In this document: in pieces, positions 1 through 11,889 of the stretch
Position numbering within the stretch: the first letter of the stretch is position 1
Layout of the letters: each line of letters starts with the position of its first letter
NCBI RefSeq assembly: GCF_009914755.1
Contig: NC_060925.1
DNA: 64,000 bases
Reading direction: 5' to 3' (one strand)
Source: the human T2T-CHM13v2.0 reference genome, Homo sapiens
Notes under the pieces: model-generated
Told to the model about the DNA's origin: nothing
Database searches by the model: none
What the model saw: only the letters and a program-made list of their open reading frames with translations
Made by a program: the position numbers and the translations under genes

Positions 1-86
1 CCCCTTCCTCTGTGAGGTTCATCAGTGTCCTGCAATGAATGGCCCCTCTGTTATCTCTTACCATTTGTATAGAAATTATCTGTCTA

Positions 87-403
87 TAGTAGTTCCTCTA
101 TCCACAGCTTTGCTTTCTGCAGTTTCAGTTACCCGCAGTCAACCACAGTATGAAAATACTAAGTGGAAAATTCCAGAAATGAACAATTCATAAATTTTAA
201 ATTGCACATCATTCTGAGCAGTATGATGAAATCTCATGCTGTCCTGCTCTGTCCTGGGCATCTCACTCCGTCCTGCCTGAGACATGAATCATTCCTTTGT
301 CCAGTGTATCCAGCTGTCTCTACTCTCCACCGTTAATCACTTAGTAGCTGTCTCAGTTATCCGATTGATTGTCACTGTCTTGGGGTATTTGTGGTCAAGT
401 AAC
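87..403 (+). mobile_element. MER44/Tigger7-type DNA transposon fragment
   Basis: AGTAGT..TATCCACAG..TTTCAGTTACCCGCAGTCAACC..GGAAAATTCCAGAAAT matches the recalled MER44 5' end. Confidence 0.75.
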
Positions 404-1019
404 ATTGTTAGCAATCAACAACAATCTTTCATTGTATTTTAAAGACTAGGATCTGATTCTTTCATATGTTGACAAAGGGCTTAGAAAGACAAAGACATTT
501 CAATATTTCATTTTTTTTCCATTAAAACTTTGGCCTTACTTGTGGCATTTTCTTGCTGCAAATCCTATAAAATATTTAGTTTCCTAAGCACCTTGAAATT
601 GAATCCTCATAAAGGAACTTCCGTCTGGAAATGTCAGGCATAATTTATTAACTCCTGTTTTTTGCATGTTGATTGTGATAGTACTGCAAATTCTGCAGCT
701 CTGATTGGGAATGGACTGCAAATACAATATAGATATTGAAATAGACCAATTGCTTTCAAGGTAGAGGTAGAGGAAGTGGCTTGGAATCACTTTCAACTTT
801 AGTGAATATGAGATCTGATGCACAGGATAATTTCAGCTCTCCAGGGCCTTAGCTGTTCCCTCTATCTGGTGTCCACCTGGCTAATGCCTTCACTCCTTGT
901 AGGACTTTGCTCAAATCTAACATTATTTCACGTACAACCTATTTCATCCTCCTCAGGCACTCCTGACCTCCCCCACTTATGCTTTCTACTTTTGCTTTTT
1001 TCCAAACCATTTTAATACC

Positions 1020-1178
1020 TTCTATAGTCTACATAATTTATCTCCTTATGTTTATTATCTGTCTCACCCCAGTAGAATGTAAGCTCATGAGGGCAAGGAC
1101 TTTTTGTTTTGTTTCAGGATGTAGCCCAAGTGCCTAGAGCATTTCCTGGCATGCAGTAGGTGCCCAATAAATATTGGT
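1020..1178 (+). mobile_element. L2 3' end fragment
   Basis: TAGAATGTAAGCTCATGAGGGCAAGGAC...CCTGGCATGCAGTAGGTGCCCAATAAATATT is the typical L2 terminus. Confidence 0.75.
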
Positions 1179-1266
1179 TGTATCAAAAGAAAAACTTATA
1201 ACAAATTTAATTTAAAGATCAAATTGGCTTTTATTTACTATTTCAGAATCAGGCGACACTTCATTC

Positions 1267-1577
1267 TGAGACAGCCAAGTTAAAAGGGCTCCCCGGAGAA
1301 TCTCCGACCTGTTTGCACACTGGGAAGATGGGGTGGAGCCTCAGGAAGTTTGTGCAGTTTGCAGGGTGAGGAGCCTGGCCTCTGCTGTTTCTGGGTGGTA
1401 ACCAGGGATTCCATCTGTGAGGCGGGAAGCCTGCTAGCAGGATTCTCGCATTGCTGAGATTCCTTGTTTCCTTTTTTTCCTTTTCACCGAATAAACCCTG
1501 CCCTTCTCACCCTTCAAAGTGTCTGCAAGCCTAACCTTTCCTGGTCATGTGACAAGAACCCAGTTTTTCCTACAACA
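1267..1577 (+). mobile_element. Solo ERV1 LTR, MER61-like
   Basis: TG...CA ends, AATAAA near 1490, perfect 4-bp TSD ATTC (1263-1266, 1578-1581). Confidence 0.8.
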
Positions 1578-1872
1578 ATTCTATAAAATAGAATGAATTT
1601 CCAATGAGCTGAGCAGAGGATGTTGGCTTTAGAGAGAGACAAGGGCTGAAGAAAGCAGATTGGTCATTTGTAAGTTACTTTCCATTTAGAATTTAAACAG
1701 AGGGGACTTTATTATACTGACACATATTGACCGGAATATCCTGGTTTTCTTTGGGAAACTGGCCTGTTTCAAGGTTCAGTTTGATTAAATGACACAGCAC
1801 AAGTGACTCCATTCTGGTTTGGTTTGGTCTGCCGGTGCCTAGTGCAGGAGATAATCTAAAACAATGGCCTAT

Positions 1873-2564
1873 GGTATTAGTTTGTTCTCGCACTACTATA
1901 AAGACATACCTGAGACTGGGTAATTTATGGAGAAAAGAAATTTAATTGACTTACAGTTCTGCAGGCTGTGCAGGAGGCATAGCTGGGGAGGCCTCGGGAA
2001 ACTTACAATGATGGTGGAAGGCAAAGAGGAAGCAGGCACAATCTTCACATGGTAGAGCTGGAGAAAGAGAAGGGGGAAGTGCTACACACTTTTTTTTTTT
2101 TTTTGAAACAGGGTCTTACTCTGTTGCCCAGGCTGGAGTGTAGTGGCATGATCTTAGCTCACTGCAACCTCTGTTTCCTGGGTTCAAGCAATTCTCCAGC
2201 CTCACCCTCCCAAGTAGCTGAGACTACAAGCACGTGCTACCACACCCAGCTAATTTTTGTATTTTTTTGTAGGGACGAGGTTTTGCCATGTTGCCTAGGC
2301 TGGTCTCGAATTCCTGAGCTCAAAGTGGTTTGCCTGCCTTGGTCTCCCAAAGTGTTGGGATTATGCGCATGAGCCACTGCGCCTGGCCAGTGCTACACAC
2401 TTTTAAACAACCAGATCTCATAAGAAGTCAGTCACTACCATGAGAACAGCAAAGGGGAAATCCACTCCCATGGTCCAATCACCACCCACCAGGTCCCTCC
2501 CACAACACTGGGGATTACAATTCAACACAAGATTTGGGTGGAGACACAAACACAAACCATATCA
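1873..2564 (-). mobile_element. MST (MaLR) solo LTR, interrupted by an Alu
   Basis: GTATTAG..ACCTGAGACTGGGTAATTTAT...CAAACCATATCA is the reverse of the MST LTR. Confidence 0.85.
2090..2388 (-). mobile_element. Alu (AluJ-like)
   Basis: Poly-T plus reverse Alu dimer; TSD AGTGCTACACAC (2078-2089, 2389-2400). Confidence 0.9.
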
Positions 2565-3474
2565 CCTCCCATAAATTTTGTTTAACAATTCCCCTCTTTG
2601 GTCACTCTCACCTAGACCATTAGTGCTATTCTCAGTTACCATCACTTTGGGTTTCTGGTCTGAAAACATTATTTATAGGTTACAGTGTCCTCATTAACAT
2701 ACTTTTTTGGAGTTTTCTCAGAGCAAAGATAAATATCTAAGAGGGAAAAGCCACAGGGTTGGGTAGTGTAATGTTTTCACAATGTTTCTTTAATGCACAG
2801 AAGTTTTCTTAAGGCTGGCATGTACCCTAGTGTCAGAACTAACCCTTGCTGTGACTCAGCTTATCCTAACACAGGTTACTTATTTTTAGGTGGCAAGTGC
2901 TTTAAGCAATGTGTAGGTGCCTAACACTTGCCCAGCAGTCAAATTGTGGCTTTGGCCCTGAGATCCCTTGACCAACATAGCCAATGATATCTTCCTACAT
3001 GGGCACACAAGAAAAATAAACGAAGAGGAAAGAAGTGAAATCGCTCAGAATTTCTGAGAGCCAGAGTTGCATACCTCCTGCAGTAACAGACACTTTTTGC
3101 AACTGCTGTCAGTTACCTTTAAAACTGCAGCTCTTGCCAGTCGCTCATCAGTCACCACAAATCCCAAAAGGTCATATGCTCTCTCAGTACAAACTAACCC
3201 TGGATTTGAAAGCCAAAAAGATTGGAGAATTTCAAGGGAGGGAGGCAACGCAAAAAAAAAAAAAAAAGTGAGTCCAACCCTAGAAAAACTTATTTACAAA
3301 CCTTGGGGGCTCATTGAGGAAGGCAGGGGACCTGAAAAGGGGTCAGCAGTGCCTGTCCTGCACTCCCCAAGGGGGCTCAGGAATCATCAGCAGTCTCCCT
3401 TGGTTCCTTTTGTGGTTGCCCAAAATGGTTAAAAGACAAAATTATAACAAATTTAGCTTAAAGATATAATTGAC

Positions 3475-3771
<297 letters not shown>

Positions 3772-4396
3772 AGCTTTTATTTGTGATTCTAGAATTCTCA
3801 TTTTAGAAAATAGAATGAGTTCAAGGAGCTGAGCATATGAATGTGACTTTATAATAGACAGAAAAGGGCTGAAGAAGGCGGAAATATTGAACAAAGAGCA
3901 GATGTGTTGTTTCAAAGTTACTTTCTTTAAAAGGATAAAACAGAGGGGATTTCTTTATCACACTGTCTGGTTGACTGAAATCTCCTATATTTTTGGAAAA
4001 CTGGCCCCTTTGAAAGTTCAGTTAGATTATGTGACACTTAGCAAAAATGACTCCATTCTGATTTGGTCTGGTCTGCTGAGGCCTCATGTCAGAGGCTAGG
4101 ACAAAACAGTGAACTCCCATAAAATTTGTTGAATAATTATATCAACTGCCAGGTCCCCAGCAATCGCCGATATTACCGACTAATAAGGCAAGGCTGAGTT
4201 TATTGCTCACTGCAGTGAGGGAGGGCACCTTGACCGAGCTTGCATAGGGTCTTGAAGGGAGAAAGAAAGACAAATTTATTGAGAACTTGAAGTTTGGTTT
4301 AAGGCAAGTCTTTCAATGGAGGGAGGAAAGCTGTTGAGAATGTTTTAATATCTTTATCTGTTTCTATTTTCCTACACGAAAACATAAGGATTCTGA

Positions 4397-4927
4397 TATA
4401 GGGAAAGAATAACTCCCCTAGGTTCTAAACTGGAATAGACCCCTGTTACAAAAGACAGATTAAATAAGAGGAAAACAAACAGAAGTGTATTAACATGTAT
4501 ATTTCATATATACATGGGAGACACCCAGAGAATGAGTAGTTTTCAAAGAGGTGCGTTAGAATTCCAGTTCAAACAGTACATTTTTAGGATGTGACAAGAC
4601 AAAGGAAAAGGACGTTGAGTCTCTAAGGGCAGCAACTTGGAGGAAGGAAATGAGTGGCAATAAAGGCCAGTAAGTAAAGCTTGTTAATGTAGATTCTTCT
4701 GGTATCATCTCTAGGCCAATAAGGGTCCGAAGTTGTCTTTGGTAGTTAATATTTTTGCTCTTCCCAGTAGAAGGTGGGGCAGGATACCTTTTGTTTTTGT
4801 AAATCTATGTCCTGCTTTTAGGCAAATAGAGGGAGGGCAGAGAGCTTTCTTGCATCTGCTGCTTCTTCATTGCCTTCAGCTCAACAATCCTTCATATTTT
4901 CCTGTGGCATATTTCTGGTCTCCCACA
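4397..4927 (-). mobile_element. Solo ERV1 LTR, MER34/LTR29-like
   Basis: Minus strand begins TGTGGGAGACCAGAAATATGCCAC..AAATATGAAGGATTGTTGAGCTGAAGGC; near-TSD CTGA/CTGG. Confidence 0.65.
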
Positions 4928-6098
4928 CTGGATCAAGGAAAATTATTATTACTTATTATAGCCGTAACTGCTGCAGTTCCCCACACCCCAGTTATTCCCT
5001 CTTCTGAGGTGATGTGATGAGGGCCAGATGGCTGGGCTCTGTGTATAAAGGGGTCTTCTTGTACTACAAGAGAGGAACCCTGAAATTATCCATCTGGCAG
5101 TTTACATAGGATGGCTTGCCCAGCAGGTTTTCTGAGAGAAAAAAAAAAAAAATCTCTGCTATAAAGAAAATCTCCTTGGAAAGAGAAGGGGAAGAGCCCT
5201 TTGGAATGTAAATACATGTCTCTGGGGAAAGATAAGACAAGCTTGGCAGAGTTTACAACCTTGGAATGGCTCCATGTCTGGGTTTTATTCTCCTTTGAAT
5301 CTGGTTCTTACTCTCCTTTGAAATGTAAACACATACCTCCATGGAAGTACCTCCAGGGAGATAAATCTTTCAGGAGTTCTCCGGTGATCCAATTACCCTT
5401 TAACTTCCAAGATTTGTCCTTTAACCCAGATTCCAGTAAAATTTACTCAAGAAGAAGCCTAACAATGCAGAAACATGAAAATGTTTACTTCCTGACATGA
5501 CCTTGATTAGGACTTGATAAGGATCATGATCTAACAGTTATGGAAATAAATGAAGGCCACTCAAAGGAGACGAGGCAAAGGCTATTTATTTGGAGCTTAC
5601 TATAGCAAGGAAATCAGCCACCATCACTTGCAGTTGGCATTGACTCAAAGGAAGGCAGAGGAGTGGGAACACTTTATATTGGGAAAAAGGGCATTCATGC
5701 ATGCCCTGATTGGAGGCTGTTGGCAATGGGAGGTTAAATGCAGATTGATCAAAATTGGGGCATTCCATTGATTGGTTAGGGGTGCATATTTAGCTTTCTC
5801 CAGTTGGTCCTAAGTTGGAAGCAGGGACAAAAATGAGGTAAGTTGGCAGTTATTAATAAGTCCTGGCTGTTTGGGGTCAATTGTGACAGGGTTATTTTTT
5901 GGCTCCTCGGACTGTTTGTAGAGATAGTGGTCTAATTTCTTATGTATTAGTCTGTTCTCATACTGCTAATAAAGACATACCCGGGACGGGGTAATTTATA
6001 AAGAAAAAGAGGTTTAATGGACTCACAATCATGGCAGAAGGTGAAAGAGGAGCAAAGGCATGTCTTACATGGTGGCAGGCAAGAGAGCATGTGCAGGG

Positions 6099-6467
6099 TG
6101 TAAGGTCCTCTGAGCTGGCTGCACCATGGTCAAGCCATCGTGACATTCCCCTGCCCTTGTGATAATGTACTTTGTGATATTCCCAGTCCTTGTGAATGTA
6201 CTTTGTAACATCCTCCCCGCCCTTGTGAATGTACTTTGTAACATCCTCTCTGCCCTTGAGAATGTACTTTGTAACATCCATCCCCTGCCTGCAAAAAATT
6301 GCTCCTAAATCTACCACCTATCCCAAACCTAAAAGAACCAATGATAATCCCACCACTCTTCACTGACTCCTTTCTCAGACTCAGCCCACTTGCACCCAAG
6401 TGAATAAACAGCCTTGTTGCTCACACTAAGCCTGCTCAGGTGGTCTCTTGCATGGACATGCATAACA
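6099..6467 (+). promoter_or_regulatory. 5' LTR (LTR7-family, LTR7B/C-like), 369 bp
   Basis: TG...CA ends; four ~33-bp U3 repeats; GACTCAGCCC..CACCCAAGTGAATAAACAGC R region. Confidence 0.9.
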
Positions 6468-6469
6468 TT

Positions 6470-6487
6470 TGGTGCTGAAACCCAGGA
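6470..6487 (+). promoter_or_regulatory. Primer-binding site, tRNA-Phe
   Basis: TGGTGCTGAAACCCAGGA versus the tRNA-Phe complement TGGTGCCGAAACCCGGGA: 16/18, both changes are CpG transitions. Confidence 0.85.
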
Positions 6488-6605
6488 CAGGGGAACTCCT
6501 TCGGGAGAGCGGTCCCCTGTCCTCACACTCCCTCTGTGAGGAGATCCACCTACAACCTCAGGTCATCAGACCAGCCAGCCCAAGGATCATCTCACCAATT
6601 TCAAA

Positions 6606-6614
6606 TTGGTAAGC
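6606..6614 (+). promoter_or_regulatory. Proviral major splice donor
   Basis: TTG|GTAAGC about 140 nt after the 5' LTR, the usual HERV-H donor position. Confidence 0.65.
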
Positions 6615-7002
6615 AGTTTTTCACACTCAGATAAGTGGCTTTTTCACTCTCTACCTAACCTCTCTCACTTCCCTTCAATCTCTCTTCTTTCAACTTCAGT
6701 TTCTCTCCCTTCCTGGTAGAGACAAAAAGCAGACAGACTTTATCCGTGCATTCAAAAACTCCGACGTCGGTCATGGACTTGGGAAGACAGTCTTCCCTTG
6801 GTGTCTGATCTCCACGGGGACACCTGCCTTGATCATTCACCCACATTCCCTTGGTGGCAGGTCAATTGCAGGGATGCCTGCTTTGGCTGCTCACCCACAT
6901 TACAGCCCAGGACTCAGTCAGAGATGCCTACCGAAGCCTGGTAGCTGCCCACCTCCATTTCTCTGTGTCTCTACCTTCCTCTTTAAACTTACCTTCTCCA
7001 CT

Positions 7003-8596
7003 ATGGGCAACCTTCCGCCATCCATTCCTCCCTCTTCCTCCTTAGCCTGTATTCTTAAAAACCTAAAACCCCTTTGACTAACACCTGACCTAAAACCTAA
7101 ATGTCTTATTTTCTTCTGTAATACTGCTTGGCCCCAATACAAATTCGACAATAGTTCCAAGTGGCCAGAGAATGGCACTTTTGATGTATCTATCCTACAA
7201 GACCTAGATAATTTTTGTTGAAAATTGGGCAAATGGTCTGAGGTGCCTTACGTCAAGGCATTTTTTACACTTTGCTCTTTCCCTAGTCTCTGCTCCAGAT
7301 GCGACTCATTCCAGATTTTCCTCCTTTCTCTCCCATCTGCTCTTTAGGTCTCCACCCAAGCTCAGAGTCCTCTGAATCCTCCTTTTCCACTGACCCCTCT
7401 GACCTCTCTCCTCCTTCCCCAGCCGCTCCTCACCAGGCTGAATCGGGCCCCAATTCTTCCACAGCCTCTGCTCCCCAACCCTATAACCCTTCTATTAACT
7501 CCCTTCCTCACACCCAGGCTGGCTTACAGTTTCGTTCTGCGACTAGTTTTCCCCCACCTGCCCAACAATTTCCTCTTAGAGAGGTGGCTGGAGCTGAAGG
7601 CATAGTCAGGGTACATGTGCCTTTTTCTCTGTCAGACCTTTTCCAAATCAGCCAGCATTTAGGCTCTTTCTCATCAGACACCACTAAATACATACAGGAA
7701 TTCCAATATCTAACTCAGTCCTACAATTTAACCTGGAGTGACTTAAATGACACCCTGACCTCTACCCTCTTCCCAGGTGAATGAGAAAGAGTTTATTTTC
7801 TAGCCCAGTCCTATGCAGACACCTGCCGGCTTCATGAGCCAGGCCTCCAAGAGGGCACCAGAGCAGTTCCCCGAGGGGATCCCCATTGGCAATACCAGAT
7901 GGATTCCCCAGGTATAGCTAGGTGAGATTACATGGTCTCCTACCTAGTCAAGGGGCTCAAAAAGGCAGCATACAAAGCTTTTAATTATGACAAGTTAAAG
8001 GAAACTACCCAAGGTAAAGATGAAAACCCAGCCCAGTTCATGGCCTGCTTAGCAGCTACCCTTAGACGCTTTACAGCCCTAGACCCAGAGGGTCCAGAAG
8101 AATTCCTTATCCTTAATATGCATTTTATCACCCAATCCACTCCTGACATTAGAAAAAAACTCCAAAAGTTGGATTCTGGCCCTCAAACCCCACAACAGGA
8201 TTTAATAAACCTTGCCTTCAAGGTGTTCAATAACAGAGAAGAAGCCGCCAAGCAGCAATGTATCTCTGAGTTACAGCCACTTGCCTCCGCTGTAAGACAA
8301 CCCACAACCACGTCTCCAGCATACAAAACCTTCAGAACATCCAAGCCACAGCTCCCAGGGGCTCCTTTAAAACCTCCTCGTGGACCTTGCTTCAAATGCC
8401 AAAAGTCTGGCCACTGGGCCTCAGAATGCCCACAGCCTGGGATTCCTCCTAAGCCATGCGCTATCTGCACAGGCCCCCACTGGAAGTCGGATGTCCAACT
8501 CACATCACTGCAGCTCCTAAAGCTCCTGGAGCTCAAATCCAATGTTCCTTGGCTGACTCCTTCCCAGATCTCCTCAGCTTAGCGGCTGAAGACTGA
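7003..8596 (+). pseudogene. gag: HERV-H gag (disrupted)
   Basis: MGNLPP N-terminus; MHR-like TTQGKDENPAQF; zinc knuckle CFKCQKSGHWASEC and a second, CAICTGPHW; several stops and frameshifts. Confidence 0.9.
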
Positions 8597-9020
8597 CACT
8601 GCCTGATCGCCTCAGAAGCCGCTGGACCATCACCGATGTTGAGCTTTGGGTAACTCTTACAGTGGAGGGTAAGTCCATCCCCTGTTTAATCAATACAGGG
8701 GATACCCACTCCACATTACCTTCTTTTCAAGGGCCCATTTCCCTTGCCCCCATAACAACTGTTGTGGGTATTGATGGCCAGGCTTCTAGACCCCTTAAAA
8801 CTCCCCAACTCTGGTGCCAACTTGGACAACATTATTTTATGCACTGCTTTTTAGTTATCACCACCTGCCCAGTTCCCTTGTTAGGCTGAGCCATTTTAAC
8901 TAAATTATCTGCTTCCCTGACTATTCCTGGACTACAGCCACACCTCATTGCTGCCCTTTTGCCCAATCCAATGCCTCTTTTGAATCTTCCTCTCGTGTCT
9001 CCCTACCTTAATCCACAAGT
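8597..9020 (+). pseudogene. pro: HERV-H protease (inactive)
   Basis: LINTGDTHS (catalytic DTG changed to NTG), CPVPLLG followed by a stop. Confidence 0.8.
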
Positions 9021-11712
9021 ATAGGACACCTCTACTCCCTCCTTGGTGACCGATCAGGCACCCCTTATCCCATTAAAACCTAATCACCCTTACCCTGCTC
9101 AACACCAGCACCCCATCCCACAACAGGCTTTAAGAGGAGTAAAGCCTGTTATCACTCACCTGTTACAGCATGGCCTTTTAAAGCCTACAAATTCTCCTTA
9201 CAACTCCCTTATCCTACCTGTCCAGAAACTGGACAAATCTTACAGGCTGGTTCAGGATCTTCACCTTATTAACCAAATTGTCTTACCTATCCATCCTGTG
9301 GTGCTAAACCCGTATACTCTCCTATCTTCAATACCTCCCTCCATAACTCATTATTCCATCCTCGATCTCAAAGAAGCTCTCTCCACTATTCCTTTGCACC
9401 CCTCATCCCAACCTCCTCTCGCTTTCACATGGACTGACCCTGACACCCACAAATCTCAGCAACTCACCTGGACTGTACTGCCACAAGGCTTCAGAGACAG
9501 CCCCCATTACTTTAGTCAAGCTCTTTCTCATGATCTACTTTCTTTCCGTCCATCTGTTTCTCACCTTATTCAATATATGGGCGACCTTCTCCTCTGCAGC
9601 CCCTCTTATGAATCTTCCTAACAGGATACCCTCCTGCTCCTTCAACATCTATTCTGAAAGGGGTATTGCGTATCCCCTTCTAAAGCCCAAATTTCTTCCC
9701 CATCCATTACGTATCTCGGCATAGTCCTTCATCAAAACACATGTGCTCTCCCTGCTAATCATGTCCAGCTAATCTCCAAAACCCTAACCCCTTCTACAAA
9801 GCCACAACTCATTTCCTTCCTAGGCATGGTTGGATACTTTCGCCTTTGGATACCAGGTTTTGCCATCCTAACTAAACCACTATATAAACTCACAAAGGAA
9901 AACCTGACTGACCCCATAGACCCTAAGTCCTTTCCCCACTCTTCTTTTCATTCCTTAAAGATGTCCTAGAAACAGCTCCCACATTAACACTCCCTAACTC
10001 GTCCCAATCCTTCTTCTTACATACGGCTGAAATACATGGCTGTGCGGTCGGAGTTCTTACACAGGAACCAGGCCCACGACCTGTAGCCTTCCTATCCAAA
10101 CAACTTAACTTCACAGTTCTAGACTGGCCCTCATGTCTACGTGAGGCGGCAGCCACCACTTCAATACTTCTAGAGGTCCTCAAGGTCACAAACCATGTCC
10201 CACTTACTCTTTACATCTCTCATAACTTTCAAAATCTATTTTCCTCCTCACACTTGGCGCATATACTTTCTGCCCCCTGACTCCTCCAATTTTACTCACT
10301 ATTCATTGAAACTCCCTACATCACCATGCTGTTATATGGGCAGAAAGAGGTTTTGTCACTACACAAGTGTCCTCCATCATCAACGCTTCCTTAATAAAAA
10401 TCCTCCTTAAGGCTGCTCTACTGCCTAAGGAAGCCAGAGTCATTCACTGCAAGGGGCCTCAGAGGTCACCAAATCCCATTACTCAAGGCAATGCTTATGC
10501 TGATAATGCAGCAAAAGAAGCAGCTAGTATTCCCACATCTGTCCCTCACGGCCAGTTTTTTTCCTTCACTCCCACATATTCTCCCACTGAAACTATTATC
10601 TATTAATCCCTTCCTACTCAAGGCAAATGGTTCTTGGATCAAGGAAAATACCTCCTTCCTGCCTCACAGGCTCATTCTATCTTATCTTCCTTTCATAACC
10701 TCTTTCATGTGGGTTACAAGCCAATGGCCCATCTCTTAGAACCTCTCATTTCTTTTCCATCATGGAAATCCATCCTCAAGGAAATTACTTCTCAGCATTC
10801 CATCTGCTACTCTACCACCCCTCAGGGATATCTCAGGCCTCCTTCCTTTCCTGTACATCAAGCTTGAGGATTTGCCCCCACCCAAGACTGGCAGGTTGAC
10901 TTTATCCATATGCACCGAGTCAAAACACTAAGATACCGTTTGGTCTGGGTAGATACATTCACTGGATGGGTAGAGGCCTTTCCCACAGGGTCTGAGAAGG
11001 CCACTGCAGTCATTTCTTCCCTCCTGTCATATTGGCCTTCCCACCTCTATATAGTGCAATAACGGACCAGCCTTCATTAGGTCACTCAAGCAGTCTCCCA
11101 GGCCCTTGGCATCCAGTGGAACCCTCATGCCCCTTACCGTCCTCAATCTTCAGGAAAGGTAGAAAGAACTAATGGTCTTTTAAAAACACACCTCACCAAG
11201 CTCAGCCTACAACTTAAAAAAGACTGCACAGTACTTTTACCGTTTGCCCTCCTTAGAATTAGAACCTGTCCTTGAGAAGCTATAGGGTATAGTCCATTTG
11301 AACTTTTATATGGATGTACCTTCTTGTTGGGCCCCAACCTTGTGCCAGACACCAGCCCTCTAGGCGACTATCTTCCAGTCCTCCAGCAGGCTAGACAGGA
11401 AATTTGCCAGGCTGCTAATCTTCTCTTGCCTACTCCAGATTCCCAGCGATACAAAGATACCCCTGCTGGATTATCAGTTCTTGTTAAGAATCTGACCCCT
11501 CAAACTCTACAACCTTGATGGACTGGACCCTACTTAGTCATCTATAGTACCCCAACTGCCATGCACCTGCAGGACCCTCCCCATTGGGTTCACCATTCCA
11601 GAATAAAGCTGTGTCCATCGGACAGCCAGCCTGATCTCTCCTCTTCCTCCTGGAAGTCACAAGTACTCTCCCCTACTTCCCTTAAACTCACCTGCATTTC
11701 TGAATAACAGTA
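9021..11712 (+). pseudogene. pol: HERV-H pol (RT, partial RNase H, integrase; disrupted)
   Basis: YRLVQDL, LPQGFRDSP, QYMGDLLL (YxDD lost), IHCKG..QGNAYADNAAK, integrase WQVD region near 10888; stops and frameshifts. Confidence 0.9.
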
Positions 11713-11889
11713 ATAACCCTTATGAGCCTAATACATCCCTTCATTCTATTAGGTCTATTCATCCTTACCCTACTTTTTGCAATGGGGCTTTACGCAGTCA
11801 CCTGCACTACTTGGACTGCACCCCAAAAACTTGTCATCCCTACTATCTTCTGTCTAGTCATACACCTATTCACCATTCTCAACTACTCA

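Noticed and set aside
6150-6290. CRISPR-like periodic repeats
   Set aside because: Contiguous LTR U3 tandem units without unique spacers, in primate DNA.
7003-11712. Replication-competent provirus
   Set aside because: Stops in gag and pol, protease DTG changed to NTG, RT YxDD changed to YMGD, RNase H partly deleted.
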